64,000 nt of DNA from Microthyrium microscopicum (taxonomy: Eukaryota). The stretch is from contig MU004240.1 in assembly GCA_010405405.1 (NCBI GenBank), forward strand, positions 882,316-946,315. The letters run 5' to 3'. Both the position numbers and the translations under genes were made by a program. A model generated the notes under the pieces. That model saw only the letters and a program-made list of their open reading frames with translations, was not told the DNA's origin and did not search any database. Of the stretch, positions 12,579-25,770 are shown one piece after another; the stretch's first letter is position 1; each line of letters opens with the position of its first letter.

Positions 12579-14817
12579 ATGCGGATACCATCATCTCCAT
12601 TGCCACTTCTGGTGGCAATTCTCTCCCTCCTCACACCCTTTACCAGCGCCATTCGGATATTAGAATCGAACGCTCTCGGACTATGCATGTCAAACTCTAG
12701 CTTTTTTGCCACACTATTTCAAGTCACATTCACACCGGACAATGGAACCCTTTCTTTCAACCTTAATGGTGTTTCTCAAATATCAGGAAAAGTCATTCTG
12801 GAATTTCAGGTGCTTGGCTATGGTTATTCAGTCTACCACGGAACGATTGACCCCTGTGCCGATGACACTTTGAAAGGTCTATGCCCCATGAACCAGGGTG
12901 CTATTCCCAACTTACCATCAAATGCTGAAATTCCGCAAAGTACTGTCAGCAAAGTACCAAGTATGTTCATCAATATCATCCTGCTGCTTACGCGACTGAC
13001 GAAAATATAGATGCTATTTACTACATTCCGGACATTGATGGCAAGGTCCGGGTCTGGATCAACAGCACTGATGGAACACCCCTTGCATGCGTGGAAGCCG
13101 AACTAACCAACACAAAGACTGTCAACCAAAAGGCTGTGGCATGGACTGTGGCTGTTATTGTTGGCTTGGGCTTGGCCATTTCTGCTATCATTTCTGGTCT
13201 TGGTCATTCGGTGACTGCTGCACATGTGGCTGCTAATGCCTTGTCTCTGTTCAGCTACTTCCAGGCACAGGCCTTCATCGGTATGACATCTGTCGAATCT
13301 CCTCCTATCGTAGAAGCCTGGACTCAAAATTTCCAATGGAGCATGGGTCTTATTCGTGTCGGATTTTTGCAAAAGATGGCTACCTGGTATCAACGATCTA
13401 CTGGTGGAACTCCCTCGACATACCTTTCAGCTCTTTCGACAGCTTCCGTGCAAGTTCAAAAACGATCATTGGCTGTTATGGGAGCAGTCGCAGGATTGAC
13501 CAAGCGTTCCAACAGTGCAACCACCAATATCGAAACCATGAAAGTACTCACCGTCAGTGGCATCAAGCGTGTGGGCTTCAAGGGCAATATTGAACTTACC
13601 AACATCTTTTTTACCGGATACATCTTCCTGGTCATTTTCGTCATGTTCGTCACGCTTGGTGTTTTTGCGTTCAAATTCATCTGCGAAGCACTTATCAAGT
13701 CCAAGAAGCTCAAACCGGAACAATTCCACGATTTCCGAAATGGCTGGACTCTTGTGCTCAAAGGAATCTTGTTCAGAATTGTTCTCATTGCTTTCCCACA
13801 AATGGTGGTATTGTGCTTCTGGGAGTTGACACAACGCGATTCATCCGCAGAAGTCGTTCTTGCTATCTCAACCGTTGTCACCATGATCATTTTGCTCGCC
13901 TGGGCGTCCCTAAAGGTCTGGAGAATCGCCCGTCGTTCAATCGCTCTCCATCAAAACCCGGCTTATATCCTTTACTCTGATCCGAATGCATTGAACAAGT
14001 GGGGTTTTCTCTATGTTCAGTTCAAAGCAAGCATGTACTACTTTGTTGTCTTTTGTCTTGGATATATCCTTATCAAGGGAATGTTCATTGCACTTGGTCA
14101 AGGAAGCCCTACTCTGCAAGCAATAGCATTGGTTATCATTGAAGCAGCATTCCTCATTGCCATCAGTATCATGAGACCATACATGGACAAGAAAACCAAC
14201 GCCTTCAACATTTCCATTGCATCTATCAACCTTTTCAACGTCATCCTACTATTATTCTTCACAGGAATCTTCAACATGCCGGTAAGTTTTTGACAAATCA
14301 ACCAACACCTCTTTTCAGTACTAATTTTTTAAAGGCACTTGCTATCGGTATTATGGGCGTACTATTCTTCATCGTCAACGCCATCTTTGCTCTAATCGTT
14401 ATTCTAATGGTCGCCTGGGTTTCGTTCAAGGCACTCACAACCAAAAACCCAGATAGCCGCTATCAACCAATGCGTGATGATCGCGCATCCTTCATCAAGT
14501 CCCAAAACAGCCTTGGTGGAACCCAAGAGCTCGACGCTCTCGGCGCCACTGCCCGCGGAGACCAATTCGCCGCCGAGCGCAAGCGCATGGATCTCGAAGA
14601 TGAGGATGACAGCATGGCATCATCTCAAAACGTCAGCCAGGTCAATCGACCTCAATACAATCAGCAAGAGATGGGCTATTCAACTCCACAGGAGCCTCCG
14701 AGATCTGCTACAGCAAGTCCCTATGGCTATAGCAACCCAGCATCACGAAGTGCGCAGCAATTCCGTGCGCAAAATACCGCTAGCCCGAATATGTGGCAAA
14801 GAGGTGTAGGATATTAA
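12579..14817 (+). CDS. FLC-family (TRP-like / flavin carrier) membrane protein
   Basis: Exons 12579-12960, 13011-14281, 14335-14817. Signal peptide, ML-like domain, WTQNFQWSMG, WYQRSTGG, KWGFLYVQFKA, RPYMDKKTN and RYQPMRDDRASFIKS. Confidence 0.92.
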
Positions 14818-15490
14818 ACGAATTGTTTTTTTCTGGAGGCGTTGGGGTGTTCAAATCGAACCAGATTTTTTGTATAACGTAGCATAGTTACTCCGTAGTG
14901 GCGGGCTGGGTTAGATGCCCGCTATTAGCATCAATGTTAAAAGCATTCACCAAATTTGCACAGAGTGTCTTGTTCTCCTATTATTTGTGTAACTCCCTTT
15001 GTCTAGGCGCATCGAATGCTTCCATCAGGAAAGCTGTTCAGCCTTGGACAGTTGATCGAATGCAGTAAGAGAAGCATGCACACGCGCCGCGATGGCATTT
15101 ATGATGCCCCGTTTGTGCTCACCCACGTAAGCAAAACTAAGTATGCAAGATATTCATTACAAATATCGAAAGATTTTGATCTAGATCTTTTTAGTCGGCA
15201 AAAGTGGTGATCAAGATGAGGAAGGAGCAAGGTCTTGGCGAGCATGGATGTGGCGCTAGACGTTCGGAAAATCTTTGATCCGGCCTGCGGCTCCCACCAC
15301 TTCTTGCCATCAAATTGGTAACCACCACCATGAATTTCTAGCGCAGATTGACTTCATCCCTCCACGATCCTCGCCAATTACACTTTCAGCGCCATTGTCT
15401 CGCTGTTAGAAGTCCCGGAAAACCTCTTGCTGAATCTTATCAACTCAGCATTCGACCCGGTCCATCAAATCTCCTTCTACAACCACCAAC

Positions 15491-16288
15491 ATGTCTGATT
15501 CTGGAGAGGAGCTTCAGGGTGCATTCAACCCACTCCCAAAGGACGTTGTCGCAGACTTGGGTAGCACCAAACTATTCAACAAATGGTACGGATATGGCGA
15601 TTCGGAGAAAAGAATGGAAGATTTTAACCAAGCATGAAGGTCCTACGATGACGTTGAAGTCCGCGATATCTCCCTCACCGATTACATCAACATCCGAAGC
15701 CCCGTCTACGTTCCTCACAGTGCTGGTCGATATGCTGCCAAGCGTTTCCGCAAGGCCCAGGTACATAATATGGAAATACGAGGATATGACTTGTCTAACA
15801 GTTGGATAAAATAGTGCCCAATCATTGAGCGTCTGACTTGCTCTCTCATGATGAACGGTCGCAACAACGGAAAGAAGCTCAAGGCTGTGCGCATCGTCGA
15901 TCACTGCTTCGAGATCGTACGTCAAGCATATCATGGTCAAATTCTGGACTGCCTCTAACTATAATTATAGATTCACGTCATGACCGACCAAAACCCTATC
16001 CAAGTCGCCGTGGACGCCATTGTCAACTGCGGACCCCGCGAAGACAGCACCCGTATCGGATCTGCCGGTACCGTACGTCGTCAAGCTGTCGATGTGTCTC
16101 CTCTCCGCCGTGTCAACCAGGCTATCGCCCTACTCACCATCGGTGCCCGTGAAGCATCTTTCCGTAACGTCAAGAGCATCGCCGAATGCCTAGCTGAAGA
16201 GCTTATCAACGCTGCCAAGGGAAGCAGCAACTCTTATGCTATCAAGAAGAAGGACGAACTGGAACGTGTGGCCAAGAGCAATCGGTAA
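15491..16288 (+). CDS. RPS5: 40S ribosomal protein S5 (uS7)
   Basis: Exons 15491-15585, 15640-15760, 15815-15916, 15971-16288. Motifs [23 protein letters not shown] and [14 protein letters not shown]. Confidence 0.98.
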
Positions 16289-17058
16289 ATGCATTGGGAA
16301 AAGATTTCAGGCGTGCTATGGCTGTGCGAGTCTTTTGTTTTTTACTTGCATGCGGGAATTTGAAAAAGGTGGTATAATCAATCACCAAATTTCCTTGCAG
16401 GTTTTGTAGACCTAGCAATGAAAACATTCAAACTCTTCGATTCTAGGTGTTTTCTTGATTGATTTCTATCAAAGAGCAAGGAAGCATTACTAATGCAAGG
16501 CGTTCTTTGAACCACTTGGTTTCTCCCTTGACTTCAGATCGTGTGGTTTACAAAGCGCGTATGCACGAGGAGCTGATATTCAGCAAGGGTTCCCACGAGC
16601 TCATGCAAGATCGAGCTGCCTTGAACCTATTGTTTTCAAGTTCAAAAGTTATCGCGGCATATTGTGAGATACTAGTACTTGCAAACGCTCCATTTGTTTG
16701 CCTGCCATTTTCTCGCCTCTGTACCCATTGACCATTGGCCTTGCAGATAGAGTACTGGAGCGACTAACCTCCTGCAGTAACCTAATGCATTGTAATAACT
16801 GTCTCACGCTGCCAGTTGAATTATCACGATATCCGCAAGATGCCTTACTTTCACTCAATGCTGTAACACTCCATTGAAAAGTTGTGGGAGGTAGCAATGC
16901 GCTAGCCTTCATGGCCAAATCGGGAAGGAACCTCAGCTATTGACCCATTGTCAGGTTTTGCTATTGTTACAAACTTTGGATCTATAAGCCCAGGCTGCCC
17001 ACTTCCTCCAACTTTGTTCAAATATCTTCAGATTTACCTGCTGCCTCACTTCAGCTCC

Positions 17059-19191
17059 ATGATGGCCTTTACTGGAGATCACGGTCACGACTTTGGGCTT
17101 CCAAACTTGGATGGTCTATCATTCTTCTATATTGCTTTGGCTATCGCGTATTCTGCTATCATATTTCTCTCTTTGCTAGTCCTTTACTGGCAGCGAGCTA
17201 CTACTGAAGTCAAGCTTCGAGGTTTTGGCAATACTTGCTTGACGGTGCTCACTCTTCATGTATATCTGGTACTCATTCTGCTAGTAAGTATTCTCTGCGT
17301 GTGGAATATATATTTGGTCACTGACACTTTTCAGGCCTATACTCTCAATGGCCTCTACAAATGCTCGGTAGAGTTTTACATCATGAGCGTCTTCCTTCCG
17401 TTCAGTATGGCTTTGTTTCAGGGTGAGTTGTCCCTACTCTAGATCTGTCAGTCAACTAGAGAAGTAACTAACCTCCTTGATAGCGTCTAACATGCGCCTG
17501 CTTAACCATTTTGAAACGCAAAAGCAGCTAGCCAGCACTTGCCATCTGGAAGCTCGATCTGGCAAGCGCACTGTTCGTCAGAGTCTGAGCTTGTCTGGGC
17601 TCTGGCAGCGATGGAAGGAGCAAAGCAGCATGGCACGCACCTATACCATCATAGCGGGAGCTTTGGCAATGCAGGTACGATCCTCTCCCTCAACCACTCC
17701 CAATTGCTCTTCCCTCTCTTTCTGAAATTAAATCGTCCCATGACATGGCAATCTGAAACACTGCCATTCCCTTCTCACGAGACATCTATCGCATGGGCTG
17801 ACTCCATCGTCACTTTCAGGTAGCACTAACTTTCATACTCTTCTTTGCATCACGCCGGTTTCACTCTTCCTACGGTCTATTTGGCGAAAACGTGGATGCC
17901 GCACAGTGTCGACGAGGCCTAGAGTGGTAAGTAACTCCCAAAATATTACAATATTTTGATTTACTCACGATAATCGCAGGATTCCATCAGTATTCTGGCA
18001 GTTTCTCTGGTCAACTGTCTTCGGTCCCTACATTCTGCTTCGAATCAGAAATATCAAAGACTCTCACTACTGGGCCTGGCAAACACGCCTTGCTATAATT
18101 GCTTGTCTCCCTGCTACACCTCTCTGGCTTATCTTCACCTATTCCAACAGTCCTACAGTCGCCAACGTTAACAAGTGGTTTGTTCCAGCTGGCTGGTTTG
18201 TCTTCCCTCTCCCGCACACCCTTCAATATCAAGAAGAGCAGCTAACAGAATACACAGGTTCCTACCCTCATTAATCACAATGCAACTCTCCTCCATAATA
18301 TTCCCCCTCCTAGACGTCCGCAAAAAGAATGCCACCCTCGCATCCCGCCAATCAACCACCTCCTCAAGCAGCAGTCTACGCAAAAGCCAAACCCGTGAAA
18401 TGTACTCCATGTCCTCCCTCGAAATGCAAATCTCCAAAAACCTCGATCCACTCCTCCGCTGGGCCTGCGAAAAGGACTTGACGGCCGAAAACATTGTGTT
18501 TCTCCGCGCCGTCCGAGACTTTCGCAAAAAGTGGCTCGCGGCTGAAAAGCGCTCGAAAAAGGACCTGTCTAACGAACAACTACGAGAGCGCTTTGAAGAT
18601 GCGGCGTACATCTGGTTCAAATTGGTAAATCCACTGACGGCACGGTTTAATATCAATATTGATTACCGCACTTACTCTGATCTTGAGACGATCTTTGTGG
18701 GCCTGAGATATGAGAGCTGGGACGACGATGTTAGCGCCAAGAGTGTACGTTCTGAAAATGTGGTTACTCCGTGGGCGGACTTTGAAGGCCGTCCGCCTAG
18801 TCTCAAGAGCCAAGGGTCTGAGGAGTGCAAGATGAGCGATGTCGATCGTCTCTATGTACTTCCCGTCACGGAAGTTCGCATGGAGAGTGCCACGGATGAG
18901 GACGATGGGTGCGTGGATGCGTCTGTCTTCCATATCCCGCCGGCGTTTGGTATCGATGTGTTTGATAAGGCGTATGAGAGCGTCAAGACTGATGTGTTTC
19001 ACAATACCTGGCCGCGCTACGAGGCGCGATTCTCGAGGCCGAATATACATTCTTCTACGACGCTGGGCTTTGATGATGAGCAGGCGTATTTGTGTCGGAC
19101 GCCGTTGTGCAAGAGTGTCAAGAAGGCGACGAGTCGGATGTTGGGGAAGGTTTGGCCGGCGAAGAGTCCACTGGTGGGCGAGGTTGTTTGA
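17059..19191 (+). CDS. Membrane protein with C-terminal RGS domain (7TM-RGS, GprK-like)
   Basis: Exons 17059-17283, 17335-17422, 17484-17674, 17820-17926, 17980-18195, 18258-19191 splice in frame. Hydrophobic helices, CRRGLEWIPSVFWQ and KDSHYWAWQT, then an RGS domain (KDLTAENIVFL, FNINIDY, VFDKAYESVKTDVFHNTWPRY). Confidence 0.85.
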
Positions 19192-19609
19192 TAGGGGATG
19201 AGTGTATTGATTGGTTTCTATTTGTAATAGTGTAATAGTCCATGCTGGGTGGATGGGTTGGTGTGAATCTGCTGGTCAGAATAAGGTGTTGTCGGTATTT
19301 AGTGTCAGTGTCAGACTTGAGATGAAAGATGAAATGCACTCTGAATTGTCGTTGTCGTGCTCAGTTCCCTCGTGGCTGTCGTGGAAAATGGCTAGTCAAT
19401 GGACTGCCTTCACTTCATTACATATATAATGCAACGCAAGGGGTATGTACGTAACTATAAATACGTCAACAAGCTGCTCTTACCAGAGCGTCCCATATGC
19501 ATAAAGTAGAGGAGAATACCCTCTTCCAACGCCCAAACACAAATCCTATACACTCGCCAGTCGCTATGCATCATTCCTTTCCCTTCCCACCAACCCCATT
19601 CCCCAACTA

Positions 19610-20262
19610 TCACCTCGGCTTCACCACACTCGTCACTGGAAACTTCAACCTCAACGATTTCTCTACAACACCCGTTAGCCCAAGTCCACATCCACATACA
19701 CCCATCCCCCTCGCCGCTCTCCCAACACCCCATTCTCACTCAGTTACTTACCACTCGTCCTTGCCTTATACAGCGTATTCACCCAAGTATCCGTCTCATT
19801 CGCCGGCAAACTATTAAAGTGTTTCCGCACCGCCAGCGCCAACGTCGCCTTACTCGTCCGCCGTTGAGCTACTGGGCGCGCCATGGTGGGTGAGTAGCGG
19901 CCGATTCCGTGCTCGAGAATGTGGTGGGCGTGTGGGTTTGCGTAGGCGGCGGGGGTGCGGAGGCGGTGGGCGGTGCGGTAGGCGTGGAGGAGGGGGGAGG
20001 GGGCGTGGTGCCAGGGGGATTGCTGGAGAGGATTGTTAGTTGGAGAGTAGAGTATGAGGAGGGTGTGGTGTATGGGGTGTGGTGTAGGAGGAAGGCTTAC
20101 GGTGGAGGATGGGCGAGTGTGTGTGTTGGTGCTGTCGGTGGTGGTGATGTTGGCGGCGGGTTCTTTGCCGTTTGTGGTTGCTTGTTTGCGGTTGCGGGCG
20201 GCGGAGGAAGATGTTGTGGGTTTTTTGGGTGCTGGCTGGTCGTCTCGTGTGGTTTTTGCCAT
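19610..20262 (-). CDS. SAP30: SAP30-like Sin3-binding subunit of a histone deacetylase complex
   Basis: Exons 20262-19752 and 19662-19610 (GTAAGT...GCTAAC...TAG intron). Motifs LLHAYRTAHRL, LALAVRKHFNSL and terminal EKSLRLKF. Confidence 0.8.
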
Positions 20263-20596
20263 GGTGGTTGGCTTTTTGGAGAGTTGAGAGCGGTGGAGGA
20301 GAAATATTTGGCAGGGTCCGGCTTTTGGCAGGTCTGGCTTACGGACAGTGGATTGTTGCAAAAAGCGTTAAGTGGTATAGAAGAGCAGGAGGAGTCAGAG
20401 TAGAGATCTGCAGAGGGGAGCTGTGTGTTTCTGCTTGTGTGCTTGTCTGGTGTTGGAAGTCTGTGTCTCTCCTTTGGACTTGATCCGACTCCGAGGATGG
20501 CGTGGTTTCTGCAACCAAAACCAGCACCAACTGCTCTTTCCCAAATTACTAGACCCTGAGCCCGCTAGCCGAACAGGGATAAGCCTAGTTGCTTCG

Positions 20597-20648
20597 TGAC
20601 GTCAGAGCATGTTAGCTTCGTGGGCCAATCAACGCGTGGTTCACGCGT
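20597..20648. promoter_or_regulatory. CRE-like TGACGTCA, CCAAT and two ACGCGT (MCB) motifs upstream of the SAP30-like gene
   Basis: TGACGTCA 20597-20604, CCAAT 20625-20629, ACGCGT 20632-20637 and 20643-20648. Confidence 0.4.
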
Positions 20649-21426
20649 CCCTCCTATCCGACATCCATTGACCTGATCTGGTCAAGTTTCTTTCACAACC
20701 ACCCTCTTCAGATGTTTTGCAGTCTTTGCTACACTCTTGTAAACTGTCGAGAGTCGCATGGCTTCAGCTGTTGCCATCACTTGTACTCGTCATGTTGGTT
20801 CAAAGTTTTGTGCGTAATGATTGCAAAGATTATGGAGCCGTTGGTACCTTGAAGGCCTTTGGAAACCAAAAGAAAGTTGAAATTGATATCGATTTGAAAA
20901 GATATCTTTGGAAGTTAGATGTTTATTGCAGTACCATCGGCTTACGAAAGCTGGCTTTGGTTATGATTAATTGCACGGAGTTACTGCACAACAAGGTCGA
21001 GCTTACTAAATGCAGGGCACAAGCTTCAAAATTTCCTCTTTGGGCAAGCAAGATATCGAATGCTCATAGCACCCCTTGAATTTAGCAATTCTGCTTCGCA
21101 AACCACGTTTAAGATTCTGTATAACCAAGTTTTGTGATACCGTAAGTTGAGCTTTGCAAGCAACAAATCTTTGCTGGCTTATGAAGCATGGAGGCATCAT
21201 TCTTGCTTCATGCCGAGGGCTCAATTGTGTTTAACTCCATGGACTGATCGCAGTATAAATACCAGGCGAGCTGGTTCGACTTTGACAACATCAAATTCAA
21301 AACACTCATCACTTCAGTTCCAACTCATCAAACTCTAGAGAAACCAACTACTTTATATCCAAAGCTCCTTCCATCATACTCTCTTCAACTACCACTTCCA
21401 ATCAACCAAACCAACCATCATCATCA

Positions 21427-22467
21427 ATGGCAAACGATCTCGTCCTTCTCACAGGAGCCACAGGCTACCTAGGCTACCTCACCCTTATAGCCCTTCTCAA
21501 GCGTGGCTACAAGGTCCGCGCTGCTGTCCGCTCAAACAGCAAAGTTTCCAAAATTGAAGCAGCACCATCATTCAAGGCTCTCAAACCCTCTGTCGAATGG
21601 GTCATCGTCCCAGACATGACTGCTGATGGCGCATATGATGAGGCCGTCAAGGGCGTCAAGTACATCGTCCACGTCGCCAGTCCCATTCCAACATTCGGCA
21701 CCGAAGCCATCCCCACAGAGAAACTGGAAGAATACTTCTTGCACCAGGCTCCCAAGGGCGAACTCGGCATGCTCACATCAGCACATAAAGCCGGCACCGT
21801 TAAGCGCATCGTCGTGACCAGCTCAGTGGTCGCCATCGTACCGTTTGAATACTACATGGGCGAAGGCGACTACAGCAAAGTCATACCAGCCTCCAACCGC
21901 ATTCCCGATGTAACTGGACCATTCGTCGCTGAGTTCCAGGCCTACAGTGCCGGGAAAGCAAAGGCAATCAACGCCTCCGAGGCTTGGATGGAATCCCACG
22001 ACACCATCTTCGATCTCATTTCCGTCATACCTGGCTGGATCTTTGGCCAAGATGAACTAGTCAGCAGCGTAGAAGATTTTACCAAGGGCAGCACCAACTC
22101 AGTCCTACTAAATCTACTCCTCGGCAACAAGGAGGAGAACGGCTACAACGGCAATGTCGTTTCAGGCGAGGATGTTGCACAGCTACAAGTCCTTGCTCTG
22201 GACCCAAGCATCAAGGGTAATCAAAGCTTCATCGCGTCAATTGATGCTGAGTGGGAAGATGCTATCGCTATTGTCAAGAAGGAATATCCAGAGCAAGTTG
22301 CAAATGGAGATTTCAGTGTGGACGGCAAACAGCCCACTTTCGATATCAAGCACACTTGGAAGGAAACTGAGGCAACTTTTGCGCCATTGGGGTTCAAGTT
22401 TGCTCCTTTTGAGAAGATTGTCAAAGCTGTTGCAAAGCAGTATTTGGAACTCAAGGCCAAGGCTTGA
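21427..22467 (+). CDS. NAD(P)-dependent aldehyde reductase / epimerase-dehydratase (GRE2/ARI1-like extended SDR)
   Basis: Single exon. TGATGYLG Rossmann motif, HVASP, VVTSS and YSAGK (YxxxK). TATAAA near 21254. Confidence 0.92.
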   Translation: MANDLVLLTGATGYLGYLTLIALLKRGYKVRAAVRSNSKVSKIEAAPSFKALKPSVEWVIVPDMTADGAYDEAVKGVKYIVHVASPIPTFGTEAIPTEKLEEYFLHQAPKGELGMLTSAHKAGTVKRIVVTSSVVAIVPFEYYMGEGDYSKVIPASNRIPDVTGPFVAEFQAYSAGKAKAINASEAWMESHDTIFDLISVIPGWIFGQDELVSSVEDFTKGSTNSVLLNLLLGNKEENGYNGNVVSGEDVAQLQVLALDPSIKGNQSFIASIDAEWEDAIAIVKKEYPEQVANGDFSVDGKQPTFDIKHTWKETEATFAPLGFKFAPFEKIVKAVAKQYLELKAKA

Positions 22468-22676
22468 AAGTGTGACGAAAGCTTTATTAACTGTTCTTAT
22501 GTTCTGTCATGTTCTTAGTTTTAGCCAGTTGACCTAATATTACTTCTTTGTTTTAGACACGCACCTTGGCATTGGTGACATCTTCTCAACCTCAGGGGAA
22601 AGCAATTTTCTCAATATCTTGATTGTTCCAGTTCAGTTGTTTACTTCGCAAGAGACCACCAACTCATTCTTGTCGT

Positions 22677-24427
22677 TCAATCGAAAACCACTCCAGACTT
22701 CACACCCATTCCAATCAAAAAGCTGCCCAGAGAATTGGCCCACGGATTCGTCTCTACAGATTCAAAGACCTGCTTAGACAACTCACGAGCTTCCGGATAC
22801 TGCATTAGTTTGTCCAGCGGCTCCTTCCGCGTGGAATCTGCACTATTTTGATTTCCCTCTGCATCTCCCTGACTCACTTGAGGCTGGACGTTGCTTGCTT
22901 TGCTTGCTTGTGAACTCATAAAGAAGTGAATTGCTGTACCAACGGGCACCGTAATACACTGTAAAGAAGCTATGCCATTCGATGGATTGAGAAAGTATTT
23001 GACAGAAGCCAAAATGGAATCAATGTATTTCCTTGGATTTGCGGTATTTTCATACACCATGTAGGCGAGTGGTAGATCTTGGGCACGACCGTTTGCTCTG
23101 ATTCGGTTGGCGAAATCGGAGAGTCCCATGTGGACTATTACCATGCCTGTCCAGAACATGACTGTTGACTGTGCGATGCCTACTCCGTGGGACATGTATT
23201 CGTCAGCGGCCAAAGACTCGATGTCTTCGCTAAAAAAGTTCTGTTTGGAGATTTGTTTTGTGAGGGTCGTGAACCATTGCTCCAGCCTGGAGTGGATTTC
23301 CAAATAGTCGGTTATGATCTCAAGATATGTTTCTATGTTGTTGCTAGGGGTTGCCAGACGCCCCTTTTCCATGGCGTTGGGGATTTGCAACAGAATATCA
23401 TAGAGAAGATCTTTCAATGTCTTTTGATCGTTGCGCCAGGGTATTGTACACCACACTTCCGAAGCAAAAACCGATGCTTTCTGGAGTGTGAGTGAATATG
23501 CAAATTGAGACTGGCGTGACATTCGAAACAGCTGAAGGGCTTCTGGGGAGGTAGTTTGCTCAGGTCCGCGCATTTGAAAGATGGATGCAACGCCTTCGGT
23601 ATGTGCAATCCAGTTCATAGCCTTGGCCCAAGGATTTTCATGATTAAGTTTGTTAAATTGTTCATAACTACCGAGTAGCATACACGCAGACAGGATAGTG
23701 GTATCTTTAGCTGCGGTTTTCGGGCTCTGAAGAACTCGATTGAGTTGGAGAAGTGATTTTCCGTAAAGTTGTGCTCCGTGATGCATCATTGTATTGTTAT
23801 TGTTCTTATTGGAGAGACAGCAGAGACTGATAGCGCGAAGCGAATTGGAAAGAATGATGCTGTCTTTGCTTTCAGACATGACCATGTTGGCCCATCCTCT
23901 AATGTAATCATCTGGACTCCTGGCGTTTGGCTGGAAACTAGCGGTTGGGGAGTAAAGATCCAAGAATGCACCGACTAGAGCTGAATGAGTAGCTTCAGAT
24001 GATAGGCTCATGCTTTGTTGACTGAAAGAGGATGTAGTTGTCTCAAAATTCTGACTTTGAGGTTTTGGCTTGTAGCGTGGATGCTGAGGAGGATTGCGTT
24101 TTATACGGAGACGATCTGAGCCATCCTCAGGGGGTGCTTCATGATACACAAATTCTGTCTTTCGCTCATAACCTGTGAAATAACTTGATGAGTTTGCTAT
24201 CTGTATATATTTAAAAAAAGATACTCACCTTCACATACATGACCATCTTTAGTACAACGAAGACATGAAGGTCTCTGAAGATCACACTGGATAAACGTCA
24301 ATATGAATTGAGCAAAACAACTTCATATTACCTAAAGTGAAATGAATGGTGAAGAAATGATACGTACTCCTTTCTTGCGACGCCTGCAAGTGTTGCATCC
24401 CTTTGAGCGACCTGCTACGTTCACCAT
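22677..24427 (-). CDS. Zn(II)2Cys6 transcription factor
   Basis: Exons 24427-24368, 24286-24229, 24172-22677 give MVNVAGRSKGCNTCRRRKKGCDLQRPSCLRCTKDGHVCEGY, followed by a fungal TF middle region (WIAHTEG...MRGP, WCTIPW). Confidence 0.92.
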
Positions 24428-24996
24428 GTCTGGTACCAGATTCGGATAAGAATCTTATGCTTTCACTGTAGATCTTCTGGCGCAATTTATTGCTGAATTC
24501 AGAAGATTCCCCCGTCAATAAAATCTTTTTGTGCCTGTCCCGTAAAGCCAGTCGACGATTAATTTGCAGCGCTGTACTTACTACTACCGCATTCGATATC
24601 CTGACGCGAAGGAATTGGCCATCCTTTCGAAGCTAAAGTACATCTTGAGGCTCATTATGCGCCTATGCGGCAAAGTTTGTCTCAAGTGCAGCCTCTTGAC
24701 CACCATAGCCATCGTGGGCAACTAGGTCAATGACGGCCTTCGAGCGTTGTAAAGTTGTGAGACAAGTGAGAATAGCAGATCTCCCGCCAAACCCGATCGA
24801 GCTCCACGGTGGCTTCCCGTAGTGGCGCTATTCTGACCAATCAGTATAGAGCGTCATAATTCGAACCAATAAAAGGATGTACATTCCATTCAGCCTGATC
24901 GAAGGGCTCCATCAAGACGTCAGAATCTTGATCTCATTTACATTTTGCTCCGGCATATTTTGATATTAAATACAACGCTACACATACAATTACAGA

Positions 24997-25480
24997 GCAT
25001 TTATATCACGTTGGAGCAACTACTTCACGTCCCGTCCCTGCGCCCGAATTGCGTCCTCATATCTCCTTATAGCAGCCTCAGAAGCAGTAACATCGTTTTA
25101 TCCTGTCTGCCAGTCGTTCTTTAATGGCTCAAAGCCTCTTCAAGAAACTTCTGTTGCAATAAACTATAAAGGACGTCCTGAAGAGGTTGGGGCTGCAATA
25201 GGCGAAGGTTACGCTATGGCTGTGTGGCTTTCTCTGGCATTTCAGGCTGCCGGCGTTGAGATATATGTAAGTAGAACGCTCCAAGGTTGTTTCAATAGCT
25301 TGATGTTGATACACTAACATCATTTTCCGTAGCTAAAACTTACTCCACGTGAGTCAGAAAGGCTTCGCCAAGTTTCTTACGAGAGGCAGATTAAAGCTGG
25401 AATGCGAGACCCAGGAACTTCCTCGATTAGTCGTTCAACGCTTTGGTGATACGATGCTTGGGTTCCCAGAACAATCCGCC
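24997..25480 (+). pseudogene. Degraded DUF2306-like membrane protein gene (C-terminal part)
   Basis: 24997-25266 and 25333 onward (GTAAGT...CTAAC...TAG intron) read AFISRWSNYFTSRPCARI...FYPVC...MAVWLSLAFQAAGVEIY|LKLTPRESERLRQVSYERQIKAGMRDPG, then shift frame before LVVQRFGD. The upstream part has no intact frame or start codon. Family assigned from recall of the conserved C-terminus. Confidence 0.7.
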
Positions 25481-25770
25481 AAGAACAAGATAAGAGGGAT
25501 TAAACCAGAGGACCAGGAACAAAAGCTTCAGGTTCTTACTGGTGCTTGTAGGGCAGTGCCACTGGGCCGGTCAGATTGACTTGTGCTTCTTCAGTGAAAA
25601 GAATTAGTAGACTATATGCGTGAAGCTTGAAAGATGGGTGTTATGAAAAACTATCAATTCCATCTCTAATGATTATTGTGTCTCTAAAACTACATTTTTT
25701 CCCTGAGTCTGCAATGTCCATAACTTTTCATCATACCATGAACCCCTTTGGCTTGATTTTTCAAAGACGC

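Noticed and set aside
22465..22521. Cryptic peroxisomal PTS1 by readthrough of the reductase (also checked for ADO1)
   Set aside because: The stop contexts are TGA-A and TAA-A, and the extensions do not end in an SKL-like tripeptide.
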